Shown here piece after piece: positions 38,767 to 47,483 of a stretch of 64,000 nucleotides of DNA. The notes beneath the pieces are model-generated. The model worked only from the letters and a program-made list of their open reading frames with translations. It was not told the origin of the DNA and ran no database searches. This stretch comes from Elusimicrobiota bacterium. GTDB lineage: Bacteria > Elusimicrobiota > Elusimicrobia > Elusimicrobiales > UBA9959. Position 1 is the first letter of the stretch. The number at the start of each line of letters is the position of its first letter. The DNA is taken from assembly GCA_012517285.1 (NCBI GenBank), contig JAAYVG010000034.1, forward strand, positions 41,483-105,482, given 5' to 3'. A program made the position numbers and the translations under genes.

Positions 38767-38837
38767 AGCGGGCGATGGGAATCGAACCCACGTTTAAAGC
38801 TTGGGAAGCTCTCGTTCTACCATTGAACTACGCCCGC
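38767..38837 (-). tRNA. tRNA-Gly (anticodon CCC), no encoded CCA
   Basis: The reverse complement folds as a cloverleaf: acceptor GCGGGCG/CGCCCGC, D arm GTTC-AATGGTA-GAAC, anticodon loop TTCCCAA, T arm GTGGG-TTCGATT-CCCAT. Near-identical to E. coli tRNA-Gly(CCC). Confidence 0.93.
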
Positions 38838-38895
38838 GAAATTGTTACATCCGACGATCAGCACATTTATGCTAATCATTTTTACAATTACCATT

Positions 38896-38950
38896 CCCGC
38901 CTACGCTAAAACAAAAAAATCAGCTTCGGCGGGCAGGGAACTACGCCCGC
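38896..38950. repeat. Disrupted GC palindrome copy followed by a 13-nt duplicate of the tRNA-Gly 5' end
   Basis: CCCGCCTACGC-[16 nt A-rich]-GCTTCGGCGGGCAGGG at 38896-38938. GAACTACGCCCGC at 38938-38950 repeats 38825-38837. Confidence 0.8.
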
Positions 38951-39211
38951 TAAAACAAATAGCAGAAATCAGATTTATAGGTTATCACAAAGTCACATAA
39001 AGTGCGAAACTTTAGCCATCAGCTTCATTACCAAGTATTATCTTTCTGTCATTTTGTTATTTTTTTCTTCCCAAACAACTAAATAACTATACAACTAATT
39101 TGCTTTTCTGTTTTCTATTTTTGTTAAAAGAACTGTATAAAAACAACTCTCGCTTTAAGCTTATCGATTTTCACTAAAAATTATTATACTAAAATTTTTT
39201 ATTATTTTCCC

Positions 39212-39760
39212 CTATTTTTTTATAAGACTTAAAAATTCATTTCTTATCTTCTCATCCTTTTCAAAACATCCTAACATCGAGCTTGTTATAGCAAAAGCTG
39301 TATCATTTTTTACACCTCTTGATGTCATACACAGATGCTGTGCCTCTATTATAACTCCTACACCCTTTGGTTTTAGCTTCTCAAATATTGTTTTTGATAT
39401 ATCAACAGTTAATCTTTCCTGAACCTGAAGCCTCTTTGCAAAAACATTAACAATTCTCGGTATCTTTGAAAGTCCTATAATTACCCCATCAGGTATATAA
39501 GCTATGTGAGCCTTACCAAAAAATGGAAGCATATGATGTTCGCACATAGAATAAAAACTTATATCTTTTACAATGACCATCTCCTTATAATCAACTTTAA
39601 AGAAAGCATTGTTTATAACCTTATCTATATCCTCTTTATAACCTATCAATAGTTCAGATAATGCCTTACTGACCCTTTCTGGAGTTTTTAAAAGCCCATC
39701 TCTTTCAGGATCCTCTCCAATTTTTTTTATTATATCTCTGATATTATCTTCTATTGTCAT
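39212..39760 (-). CDS. folE: GTP cyclohydrolase I
   Basis: CEHHMLPFFGKAHIAYIP and QERLT motifs. Confidence 0.9.
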   Translation of the reverse strand: MTIEDNIRDIIKKIGEDPERDGLLKTPERVSKALSELLIGYKEDIDKVINNAFFKVDYKEMVIVKDISFYSMCEHHMLPFFGKAHIAYIPDGVIIGLSKIPRIVNVFAKRLQVQERLTVDISKTIFEKLKPKGVGVIIEAQHLCMTSRGVKNDTAFAITSSMLGCFEKDEKIRNEFLSLIKK

Positions 39761-39876
39761 AATATAGATTTTATCAAATTAATAAAAAGAAAAAAAAGGC
39801 AAAAATTATGGTATCAAAATAAGCAGCATTAATGATTTTAACTCACCAGACAACTAAACAACTATCTTCCCCTATT

Positions 39877-40416
39877 CTATCTGTTTGATATGTAAAGCCA
39901 TTTGTATGTAGAGTTAAGTTTATCAGATGATGATATTATGTTATCTATTGACTTTGTAGTCTTTATATAATTTTTGTTTACTGATACCAGATCATTCCCA
40001 GATTTTTCTCCTTTTTTTGAATCTGGAGCCATTCTGTAATCTCTATTGGTAAACTCTTTTTTTACTCTTATAAGCTTCTTGTTAATTTTTTCTGAATATA
40101 TTTTCATCATTTTACAGTAGTTTAGATCAATCCTTTCAGTTTGAGTTGATATCAAAATTTTTGTCCCAATATCATTCGTTCTATCAATATCTTTTTTCAA
40201 TTCTATGATCCCGTCTGATATGTTTTCACTGTTTATGTTTAAAATTATGTTGTCAAGTCTATTATCTATTGTCGCAAAATTTTTTATTATTGATTTAACT
40301 TCTTCTTCTCCACTTTTGATATCATTTTTATCTTTATTTTCCTTAGAAAAAAGCAAATATCCTGATGAATATATAAGAAAACTTATTATGAGGCTTAACT
40401 TCACAGCTTTCATCAT
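39877..40416 (-). CDS. Hypothetical exported protein
   Basis: N-terminal hydrophobic signal/anchor. I recognise no motif. Confidence 0.35.
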   Translation of the reverse strand: MMKAVKLSLIISFLIYSSGYLLFSKENKDKNDIKSGEEEVKSIIKNFATIDNRLDNIILNINSENISDGIIELKKDIDRTNDIGTKILISTQTERIDLNYCKMMKIYSEKINKKLIRVKKEFTNRDYRMAPDSKKGEKSGNDLVSVNKNYIKTTKSIDNIISSSDKLNSTYKWLYISNR

Positions 40417-40497
40417 CTCCTCCTGATTACTTTATAGTATAAAAATAATCTTTAAAAAAGGGGCATTGGTTTGTTTGTGTTATGGGACTTAAGGGCA

Positions 40498-41964
40498 TTA
40501 TAAATCTTCAATATGAAGGGACTTGATATAGTTGGTAGCATCTTTTTTGTTTATCAATTTTTTTTCAAGCTGCAGGTTTATTAATTTTTTTATTATTTTC
40601 CCCACAAGTGGTGATGGTTTAATATTAAGAACCTGCATTATCTCATTACCATCTATTATTGGCTTTATATCAGATTGTCTGTTAAATCTTGAATAATTTT
40701 TTAAAATCATATTAACAACCTGAAGGAATCTAACTGTTTTTTTAGGGCCATTTTTAGGAAGTTTATGCTTTATTTCAAATGGTTTTTCTTTTATTTTCTT
40801 TGATAATAAGTTTAATTTTTTCTCACTCATATAGCTTGAATGATCTGCCCATGAAAGTATTAAAAGCCCTAATGTGTATTCTTTTAAGTCATAAAATATT
40901 CTAAGTATTGCTCTCGGGGTTATTATATTATTGTGTGCAATATTACCAACCCTCAGATGATCTGATATAATAACTTTGACATATCTTATTTCATTGTTTG
41001 AAAACTTAAAATCTCTTAATATCCTTTCTGATAAAATTCCACCGTATTCCTCATGACCAAAAAATCTCAGTCTGTCCTTTATAAACTTTGCCTTGTGTGG
41101 TTTTGCAACATCATGAAGAAGACCTGCCAGTTTTATCAATGCCTTTTCATTCTTCATCTGAACTAAAAGTTTTTTTGAGATATTTAAATATTTTTTTGGA
41201 TTTTGATAGAGTAGATCAAGTCTTTTTAAAACATTGAATGTATGTTTTAAAACTCCACCCTTTCCGTAGTAAACCTCAGCGCAACTCATCTGCATTTTTA
41301 AAACAGGAAAGAGTTCAAAAAGAAATTCATTTTCTGCCATTTTTTTAAATGTTTTTTCAGTGTTATCTGTTTCAAATATTTTTAACAACTCTTCCCTTAT
41401 CCTCTCAGGTGATGATGAGTGAATTAGTGTTTTATTCTTTCCTATAAAATTGAGTGTTTGCTTATCTATATCAAAATCAAGTGTTGCAAAAAACCTGTAT
41501 GCTCTTAAAAGCCTTAAAGGGTCATCTATAAAAGATTTTTCTGAGTTCACTCTTATTATACTGTGGTTTATATCCTTTATCCCAGATAACTTGTCTATTA
41601 TGTCTTTCTTATTTATTTTTATTTTAAATGAATCTCTAACAACTTTCACTTTTGCCTTTTTTATATCAACAGCAAGCGAATTAATTGTAAAATCTCTTGC
41701 CATGAGATCAGAGCCTAAGTCTGATATCATTGATATATCAATGGTCAATTCTTTTGATATGTTTATTCTGTATATGCCTCTTTCCCTGTCAAGTGGAAAA
41801 ATGTTAAACTTTTTTGATATTTTTTTTATAATGTTTATGAAATCATTTTTTTCTGCAACAACAATTATATCTATGTCATATATCTCTTTTTTTAAAAGCC
41901 AATTCCTTATTGCTCCGCCTACAAGATATGTTTGATATTTATCAAAACAGCTGAAAAGTTCCAT
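40498..41964 (-). CDS. cca: CCA-adding enzyme / poly(A) polymerase family tRNA nucleotidyltransferase with HD domain
   Basis: LVGGAIRNWLL..DIDI nucleotidyltransferase head, RAYRF and ERIREEL, and the HD motif LLHDVAKP. Confidence 0.85.
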   Translation of the reverse strand: MELFSCFDKYQTYLVGGAIRNWLLKKEIYDIDIIVVAEKNDFINIIKKISKKFNIFPLDRERGIYRINISKELTIDISMISDLGSDLMARDFTINSLAVDIKKAKVKVVRDSFKIKINKKDIIDKLSGIKDINHSIIRVNSEKSFIDDPLRLLRAYRFFATLDFDIDKQTLNFIGKNKTLIHSSSPERIREELLKIFETDNTEKTFKKMAENEFLFELFPVLKMQMSCAEVYYGKGGVLKHTFNVLKRLDLLYQNPKKYLNISKKLLVQMKNEKALIKLAGLLHDVAKPHKAKFIKDRLRFFGHEEYGGILSERILRDFKFSNNEIRYVKVIISDHLRVGNIAHNNIITPRAILRIFYDLKEYTLGLLILSWADHSSYMSEKKLNLLSKKIKEKPFEIKHKLPKNGPKKTVRFLQVVNMILKNYSRFNRQSDIKPIIDGNEIMQVLNIKPSPLVGKIIKKLINLQLEKKLINKKDATNYIKSLHIEDL

Positions 41965-42061
41965 ATATGTTTAATTTTAACATTTTTTTATTTTTTAACG
42001 CTAAAATAGATGGTCTGATTCATAAAAAATAATATCATACTTTACTGCATAATATTTTTTT

Positions 42062-42095
42062 TATATTCTCTAATTCTGCAGAATTAGAGAATATA
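42062..42095. promoter_or_regulatory. Perfect 34-nt palindrome between the opp operon end and the cca start (possible operator or structural site)
   Basis: TATATTCTCTAATTCTG|CAGAATTAGAGAATATA. There is no downstream T-run on either strand, so it is not a canonical terminator. Confidence 0.4.
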
Positions 42096-42249
42096 TTTGT
42101 TAGAAAAATTTTTAGAATTTACCAACCAAATTATTTCACTTATCCCACGATCGGTTTTTTATCCACTTTTTGATAAGTCTAAAACTGACCTACGAGGTTA
42201 CTTCTCTTCTTCCTAAATAACTAAATGACGAGATGACTAAATAACTAAC

Positions 42250-43125
42250 TTACCTGTTCGGGTCAAATATATCCCTGAATGAATCTCCAACCATATTAAA
42301 AGCTAAAACAAAGAAAAACATAAATGCTGATGGTATAACAACTATGTGCCAGTATGCAGCAGGGTTTGAGAAGCTTGATATTATCCAGTTTCTTGACATT
42401 GATATAACCTCTCCCCAGTCAGAATAACCCTGTGGTGAACCGAGCCCTAAAAAACTTAAGGATGATGCCATAAGAACAATATTTGATATATCCAGTGCTG
42501 CTATCACTATTACGCTGTATATGGAATTTGGGATAAGATGTTTTTTAAATATCCACCATGAACTTGCTCCTGCTAATTTTGAGTATGTTATAAAATCCAT
42601 TGATTTTATCTTTAGTATCTCGCTTCTAAAAAGTCTTGCATAACTAGGCCACGAGACAAACGCTATTGCTGCTATTATCTTATCTATCCCCGGCCCTAAT
42701 ATGCTTGCTATGACTATGGCAAGGATAAGCGATGGTATTGATAGAACTATATCTGTTATCCTCATTATAACATCATCAACCCACCCACCATAATACCCGC
42801 TAAGCCATCCTAATATAACACCTATTACAAGCGATATCATAACAACAAAAACACTTATCTTAAACGCGAGCCTTGTTCCCCATATCATAGAATAAAATAT
42901 ATCATACTGGTTCTGAGTCGTTCCGAATATTGCCTTTGATGATGGCTTTTCAGGCACTGGTGAAAAGCTGTGTTGTTTGGCAATGTATGGGTCTCTTGTG
43001 TCAGAGACACCTGCAATTATTGGTGCAAAAACTGCTATGATTATATAGAGTAAAATTATTGCAACTCCGACTGTTGCCTGCCTGTTTTTTATTATTCTTG
43101 AATATAAATTTTTAAATGTTAGCAT
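42250..43125 (-). CDS. Oligopeptide/dipeptide ABC transporter permease (OppC/DppC-like)
   Basis: Six-TM BPD_transp_1 layout with an EAA-like loop (ELEKIKSMDFITYSKLAGAS region). Confidence 0.85.
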   Translation of the reverse strand: MLTFKNLYSRIIKNRQATVGVAIILLYIIIAVFAPIIAGVSDTRDPYIAKQHSFSPVPEKPSSKAIFGTTQNQYDIFYSMIWGTRLAFKISVFVVMISLVIGVILGWLSGYYGGWVDDVIMRITDIVLSIPSLILAIVIASILGPGIDKIIAAIAFVSWPSYARLFRSEILKIKSMDFITYSKLAGASSWWIFKKHLIPNSIYSVIVIAALDISNIVLMASSLSFLGLGSPQGYSDWGEVISMSRNWIISSFSNPAAYWHIVVIPSAFMFFFVLAFNMVGDSFRDIFDPNR

Positions 43126-43128
43126 ATT

Positions 43129-44160
43129 TTAATCGTACCTTATTCTTGGATCCACGACCGCATAAAGAATATCTATCAAAAGATTTCCAATAAGAAATAA
43201 CACTGATACAACAATAGCAAAACCCATAACGCCGCTTATATCAAGCTGTCCTGCACACTTAACCCCCCAGCTCCCTATCCCAGGCCAGTCAAATATGGTC
43301 TCTATTATAACAACACCGCTCAAAAGCCTTATAAGCTGGAGCCCACCTATGGTTAACTGTGGTATAAGTATGTTTTTTCTTATATGCTTGTTTATTATGT
43401 ATTTTTCCTCAAGTCCTTTTGCCCTGAGCGTTCTTACATAATCCTTGTTTAATTCTTCAAGCGTTGATGTCCTTGTTATTTTTATAAATGATGCGGATGT
43501 GCCGAGAAATATAGCTGTGGCTGGCAAAAATAAATGTTTTAATGTATCCATAAAGACAGTAAGATTTAGATTTAGGACCGAATCTATTATCATAAAATTT
43601 GTATATTTTACAAAGCTTCCATTTAAAATAAGCATATCAGTATCTATTGAATACCTCTGTGGCTCAAAAATTCCTAAAACACCATAAAATATGAGCAGCA
43701 GAAAAATTCCTATAACAAATGAAGGCATTGAATAAAAAAGGGATGCAAAAAATCTTATGATTTTATCTGTTATTGAGTCCTTTCTTACAGCTGAGATAAG
43801 CCCTAATATGTTTCCAATAAAAAAAATAGGTATCACTGAAAACAGTGTAAGCTCTATTGTTGCTGGAAGAAAGTTTATTATTGCTTTTGTCGTTGGAAGC
43901 TTTGCTACTTGAGAATAACCCATATCACCCTTAAATGTGTTAGCCAACCATTTAAAGTATCTTTCTATCACAGGTTTATCAAGCCCGTATTTTTTTACTA
44001 TCTCGTTTATTTCAGTTTTTGTCAGTTCCTTATCTGATGTAGCATAGCTTGTAGCAAGTGTTTCAGGTGGAAGTATGTTTATTATTGCAAAAAGTATCAG
44101 TGTTATACCTATGAATGTAAGCGGTATAAGAAAAAGTCTTCTTGTTATAAATTTTTTCAT
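43129..44160 (-). CDS. Oligopeptide/dipeptide ABC transporter permease (OppB/DppB-like)
   Basis: The MKKFITRRL start is typical of OppB/DppB. Has the DYVRTLRAKGL EAA loop. Confidence 0.85.
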   Translation of the reverse strand: MKKFITRRLFLIPLTFIGITLILFAIINILPPETLATSYATSDKELTKTEINEIVKKYGLDKPVIERYFKWLANTFKGDMGYSQVAKLPTTKAIINFLPATIELTLFSVIPIFFIGNILGLISAVRKDSITDKIIRFFASLFYSMPSFVIGIFLLLIFYGVLGIFEPQRYSIDTDMLILNGSFVKYTNFMIIDSVLNLNLTVFMDTLKHLFLPATAIFLGTSASFIKITRTSTLEELNKDYVRTLRAKGLEEKYIINKHIRKNILIPQLTIGGLQLIRLLSGVVIIETIFDWPGIGSWGVKCAGQLDISGVMGFAIVVSVLFLIGNLLIDILYAVVDPRIRYD

Positions 44161-45272
44161 TCAGCTATTTCCTTTATTATATCAAGCGTAATCTTTCTTG
44201 CCATTAAAAACTCATCTATTTTTAAATACTCTTTTGAGGTGTGAACATCTCTCATGCCTGTTGGTATGTTTACTGTTTTTATCCCGATAGTATAAAAGTT
44301 GTTTGCATCCGTTCCACCAAAACTTTTTACAAACTCTGGTCTTATTCCATTTTTCTTGTATGCTCCTCCTATTTTTTTTATAAGCTCATCATCCTCCAAT
44401 ATTTCAAATGCATCAAACCTCTTTTTTATTTCTAATCTTACATCAGCTTCTTTAAATTCTTTATTACCTGATGCCTTTTTTACAATCTTTTTTATTTCAT
44501 TTTCTCTCTCAATTATCTCATTTATATTAAAACTTCTTACTTCTCCGCTTGCCGAAGCCATTTCTGGAACTGTGTTTATTCCGCTTCCACCCTCAACAAA
44601 GCCAATGTTAAGTGTTGTATCTTTGCTCAGCCTTCCTGTTTCAATCTCATTGATTATTTTTGATATTAATTTTATTGCAGAAACTCCCTTTTCAATATCA
44701 ACACCTGCATGTGCTGCCCTACCGCGAACCAGTATATCAAAATTATCAACCCCGACTGCTTTTATAACGGGATGATTTATTTCCTTTTCATTATCAAGCA
44801 CAATCCCTTCTTTAGCTTTTAAATATTTTTTGTCAATATATCTTGTTCCTAAAAGCCCTATCTCCTCACAGGTTGTAAACACAAGCTCAAGTGGAGGATG
44901 ATTTATCTTTTTATCAATTATTTCATTTATGACATCGATAATTATTGCAATTCCTGCCTTACAGTCTGCCCCTAATATAACATTGTTTGCTGTTCTTATG
45001 ATATTTTTTTCAATTATTATATCAGGTTTCTTATCTATCTCAACTGTATCAAGATGTGCTGATAACATAAGTGGCTTTAGTTTTTTATTGCCGGCTATTT
45101 TTATTATAATATTTCCAGTGTTGCTCTTTGTTTGTTTATATGAACTGTCAACTATAATATCATCTGAAATTTTCTCAACTTTTTTTATAATATAATCAGC
45201 AAGATCCTTTTCATTTCTTGAGGGTGATAGTATCTCTGACATCTCAATAAATGTTTTTATTATATTTCTCAT
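44157..45272 (-). CDS. M20-family metallopeptidase (PepT/tripeptidase-like) embedded in the ABC operon
   Basis: SAHLDTV, GADCKAGIA and TCEEIGLLG metal-ligand motifs. 4-nt overlaps with both neighbours. Confidence 0.7.
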   Translation of the reverse strand: MRNIIKTFIEMSEILSPSRNEKDLADYIIKKVEKISDDIIVDSSYKQTKSNTGNIIIKIAGNKKLKPLMLSAHLDTVEIDKKPDIIIEKNIIRTANNVILGADCKAGIAIIIDVINEIIDKKINHPPLELVFTTCEEIGLLGTRYIDKKYLKAKEGIVLDNEKEINHPVIKAVGVDNFDILVRGRAAHAGVDIEKGVSAIKLISKIINEIETGRLSKDTTLNIGFVEGGSGINTVPEMASASGEVRSFNINEIIERENEIKKIVKKASGNKEFKEADVRLEIKKRFDAFEILEDDELIKKIGGAYKKNGIRPEFVKSFGGTDANNFYTIGIKTVNIPTGMRDVHTSKEYLKIDEFLMARKITLDIIKEIAE

Positions 45273-46156
45273 AAATTACTCTTGATACATCTTATATAAT
45301 GATCATCCTCAACCATTTTTATCTCTTCATTAAAATTTATACACTCATCCGTTATAAACGGGCAGAGTGATGAAAATGCACACTTTGACGAGGTTTCCCT
45401 TTCATTTATCTCAATCTCTGTCTCATCAGGTTTTTTTTCTGTTGAAAGTATTGATGATATAAGAAGCTTTGTATATGGGTGAACTGGTCTATTAATGATT
45501 TTTTGAGTATCTCCCCACTCCATCATCTCACCACGATAAAGTATTATAACCTTCTTTGTTAAATAATAAATTGATGATATATCATGTGAAACAAATATCA
45601 GTGTAAATTTATATTCATCAGATAAATCCTTTAGTAGATTTAATATCTGTGCTGATATTGATATATCAAGGCTTGATATTGGTTCATCGCATATCAAAAG
45701 CTCAGGCTTTGTTATTATTGCCCTTGCAATGGCTACCCTCTGTTTTTGCCCGCCTGATATCTCAAATGGATATTTAAAAATAAGATCACTGTTTAATCCA
45801 ACCCTGTTAAGTGTTTCTTTTACTTCATCGATGACTTCATCTCTTTTAATAGTTTTTTTTATTAACAATGATTCTGCAACAATTTCATATATCCTCATTC
45901 TCGGATCAAGGCTTGATGAAGGATCCTGAAAAACAAACTGTATCGGTTTTTTTATGTTCAGTTTTACCTCTCCATCGTATCCTTTTTCTATCTGAGATAT
46001 TGCCTTTAAGAGCGTAGTCTTTCCACTTCCTGACTGTCCTGCTATACCAACAATATCTCCGGCTTCTATATCAAAACTTATATTCCTTAAAGCATAAAAA
46101 TTTTTATACTTAACACTAAGATTTTTTATCTCGATCATTTTCATAAATTCCAGCAC
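45269..46156 (-). CDS. Oligopeptide ABC transporter ATP-binding protein (OppF/DppF-like)
   Basis: GQSGSGKT, SGGQKQR, LLICDEP and a C-terminal Cys-containing oligo_HPY-type tail. Confidence 0.88.
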   Translation of the reverse strand: MLEFMKMIEIKNLSVKYKNFYALRNISFDIEAGDIVGIAGQSGSGKTTLLKAISQIEKGYDGEVKLNIKKPIQFVFQDPSSSLDPRMRIYEIVAESLLIKKTIKRDEVIDEVKETLNRVGLNSDLIFKYPFEISGGQKQRVAIARAIITKPELLICDEPISSLDISISAQILNLLKDLSDEYKFTLIFVSHDISSIYYLTKKVIILYRGEMMEWGDTQKIINRPVHPYTKLLISSILSTEKKPDETEIEINERETSSKCAFSSLCPFITDECINFNEEIKMVEDDHYIRCIKSNL

Positions 46157-47079
46157 CTATAATAACCATCCTCTGTTTGTTTAACTGGAGGTTTATTGCT
46201 ACATTTTTCTGTCGCGTAATCACACCTTGTCATAAATCTGCAACCATCTTTTATCTCAAATATTGAAGGTGTCGTTCCTTTTATTGATTTGAGTCTTTCT
46301 GTTTTTTCAATTTTAACAATTGATTCTAAAAGTGCCTTTGTATATGGGTGTTTCGGATTTTTTATTATGTTTATAGTCCTGCCTGCCTCCATTATTTCAC
46401 CCAAATACATAACATAAACATAATCAGAATAAGCTGATACCACAGCTAAATTATGGGTTATAAGTATGACCGATAGATTTTTTTCTTCTTTAAATTTTTT
46501 TATTAGATTTAATATCTCGATCTGTGTTATGACATCAAGAGCCGTCGTCGGTTCATCTGCTATGAGTATTTTGGGGTTTGTTATCAATGACATAGCGATG
46601 AGTATTCTTTGCCTCTGTCCACCTGAAAAATTGTGAGGATAGAGTTTTATCTTTGACCTTGGTATGTTAACGCTTTCAATCATCTCTGCCGCTCTTCTTT
46701 TGGCCTCATTTTCTAAGGCGATATGATGATGTGTTAACACCTCAGTCATCTGTGTTTCTATATCAATAACAGGATTTAAAGCTGTAAGTGGCTCCTGAAA
46801 AACTATTGATATATCCTTTCCTCTTAGATCCCTTAACTCATCATCGCTCATATCAACTATGTTCTTATCATTAAACACAATACTGCCCGATGTTATCCTT
46901 AGATTTTTATTCAAAAGCATAAGCACAGAAAGAACAAGTGTTGTTTTACCGCTCCCTGACTCTCCCACAAGCGATATAGTTTTACCCTCGGATAGTTTTA
47001 TGTTTATATCATTTAATATATTATATCTCTTACCATCAAAGTCAGCATCTACCGAAAGATTTTTTATCTCAAAGTTCAT
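46141..47079 (-). CDS. Oligopeptide ABC transporter ATP-binding protein (OppD/DppD-like)
   Basis: GESGSGKT, SGGQRQR, ILIADEPTTALD and a C-terminal CRFMTRC..C tail. Confidence 0.88.
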   Translation of the reverse strand: MNFEIKNLSVDADFDGKRYNILNDINIKLSEGKTISLVGESGSGKTTLVLSVLMLLNKNLRITSGSIVFNDKNIVDMSDDELRDLRGKDISIVFQEPLTALNPVIDIETQMTEVLTHHHIALENEAKRRAAEMIESVNIPRSKIKLYPHNFSGGQRQRILIAMSLITNPKILIADEPTTALDVITQIEILNLIKKFKEEKNLSVILITHNLAVVSAYSDYVYVMYLGEIMEAGRTINIIKNPKHPYTKALLESIVKIEKTERLKSIKGTTPSIFEIKDGCRFMTRCDYATEKCSNKPPVKQTEDGYYRCWNL

Positions 47080-47102
47080 ATCTATATAATTTTATAATTT
47101 TT

Positions 47103-47192
47103 AATCATCAGGATGGAAACGGATAAGTTAGTCATTTGGTTATCTGGTTATTTAGTTATTTGGGAAGAAGAATCATCAGGATGTAAACAGAT
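47103..47192. repeat. Head-arm-head intergenic element, copy upstream of oppD
   Basis: AATCATCAGGATGGAAACGGAT, then arm TTAGTCATTTGGTTATCTGGTTATTTAGTTATTTGGGAAGAAG, then AATCATCAGGATGTAAACAGAT. Confidence 0.8.
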
Positions 47193-47307
47193 AAATTCGT
47201 TGTTCAATGGAAACAGATGACAGAACTTGCCTGCCCGCCCACTGCAATGTGTTAAGGAGTTGTAAACCAGCATTAATTTAGCACATATAATCCGCCATAG
47301 TTCCTAA

Positions 47308-47346
47308 AGGCAGGCGGGTCTGCCGAAGCTACTTCAGCGTAGGCAG
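47308..47346. repeat. Degenerate GC palindrome copy
   Basis: AGGCAGGCGGGTCTGCCGAAGCTACTTCAGCGTAGGCAG. Confidence 0.65.
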
Positions 47347-47363
47347 AAGATGAGACTGAAAAA

Positions 47364-47483
47364 ATGAGAGTAATGTCCGAGCATACACAAATGTCTGTAA
47401 CCTATCCAACTTACGAAGTTGGACAAAAATTTGTAAATGGAGTTATATGTTCAACTTACGAAGTTGGCCAGAGGTTTGTTTAA
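47364..47483 (+). CDS. Possible 39-aa small ORF with a duplicated decapeptide (very tentative)
   Basis: MRVMSEHTQMSVTYPTYEVGQKFVNGVICSTYEVGQRFV. The two 30-nt copies differ at 6 nt: 3 synonymous, 2 giving K to R, 1 giving P to S. There is no convincing RBS. The same sequence forms twin hairpins just after the dtd stop. Confidence 0.2.
   Translation: MRVMSEHTQMSVTYPTYEVGQKFVNGVICSTYEVGQRFV

Noticed and set aside
38640-38909. 89-aa plus-strand ORF in the track
   Set aside because: It runs through repeat elements and straight across the minus-strand tRNA-Gly gene. It has no RBS, and its composition is driven by the repeats. I treat it as spurious.
44299-44775. Long antisense ORFs inside well-supported genes. 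Examples: 44299-44775, 50333-50785, 41450-41935, 7320-7769, 5494-5889, 8893-9276, 49301-49663, 18379-18672, 12455-12757.
   Set aside because: They are shadow frames opposite strongly motif-supported CDS. Their translations are low-complexity (Ser/Phe/Ile/Leu-rich) with no motifs or RBS. This is a typical artefact of AT-rich codon bias.
47405-47469. Guanidine-II (mini-ykkC) riboswitch, because of two tandem hairpins with ACG in the loop
   Set aside because: The loop is ACG/TACGA with A-T closing pairs, not a C-G-closed ACGR tetraloop. On the plus strand no gene follows. On the minus strand the loops read CGT and the hairpins are 3' of dtd. A terminator or repeat is more likely.
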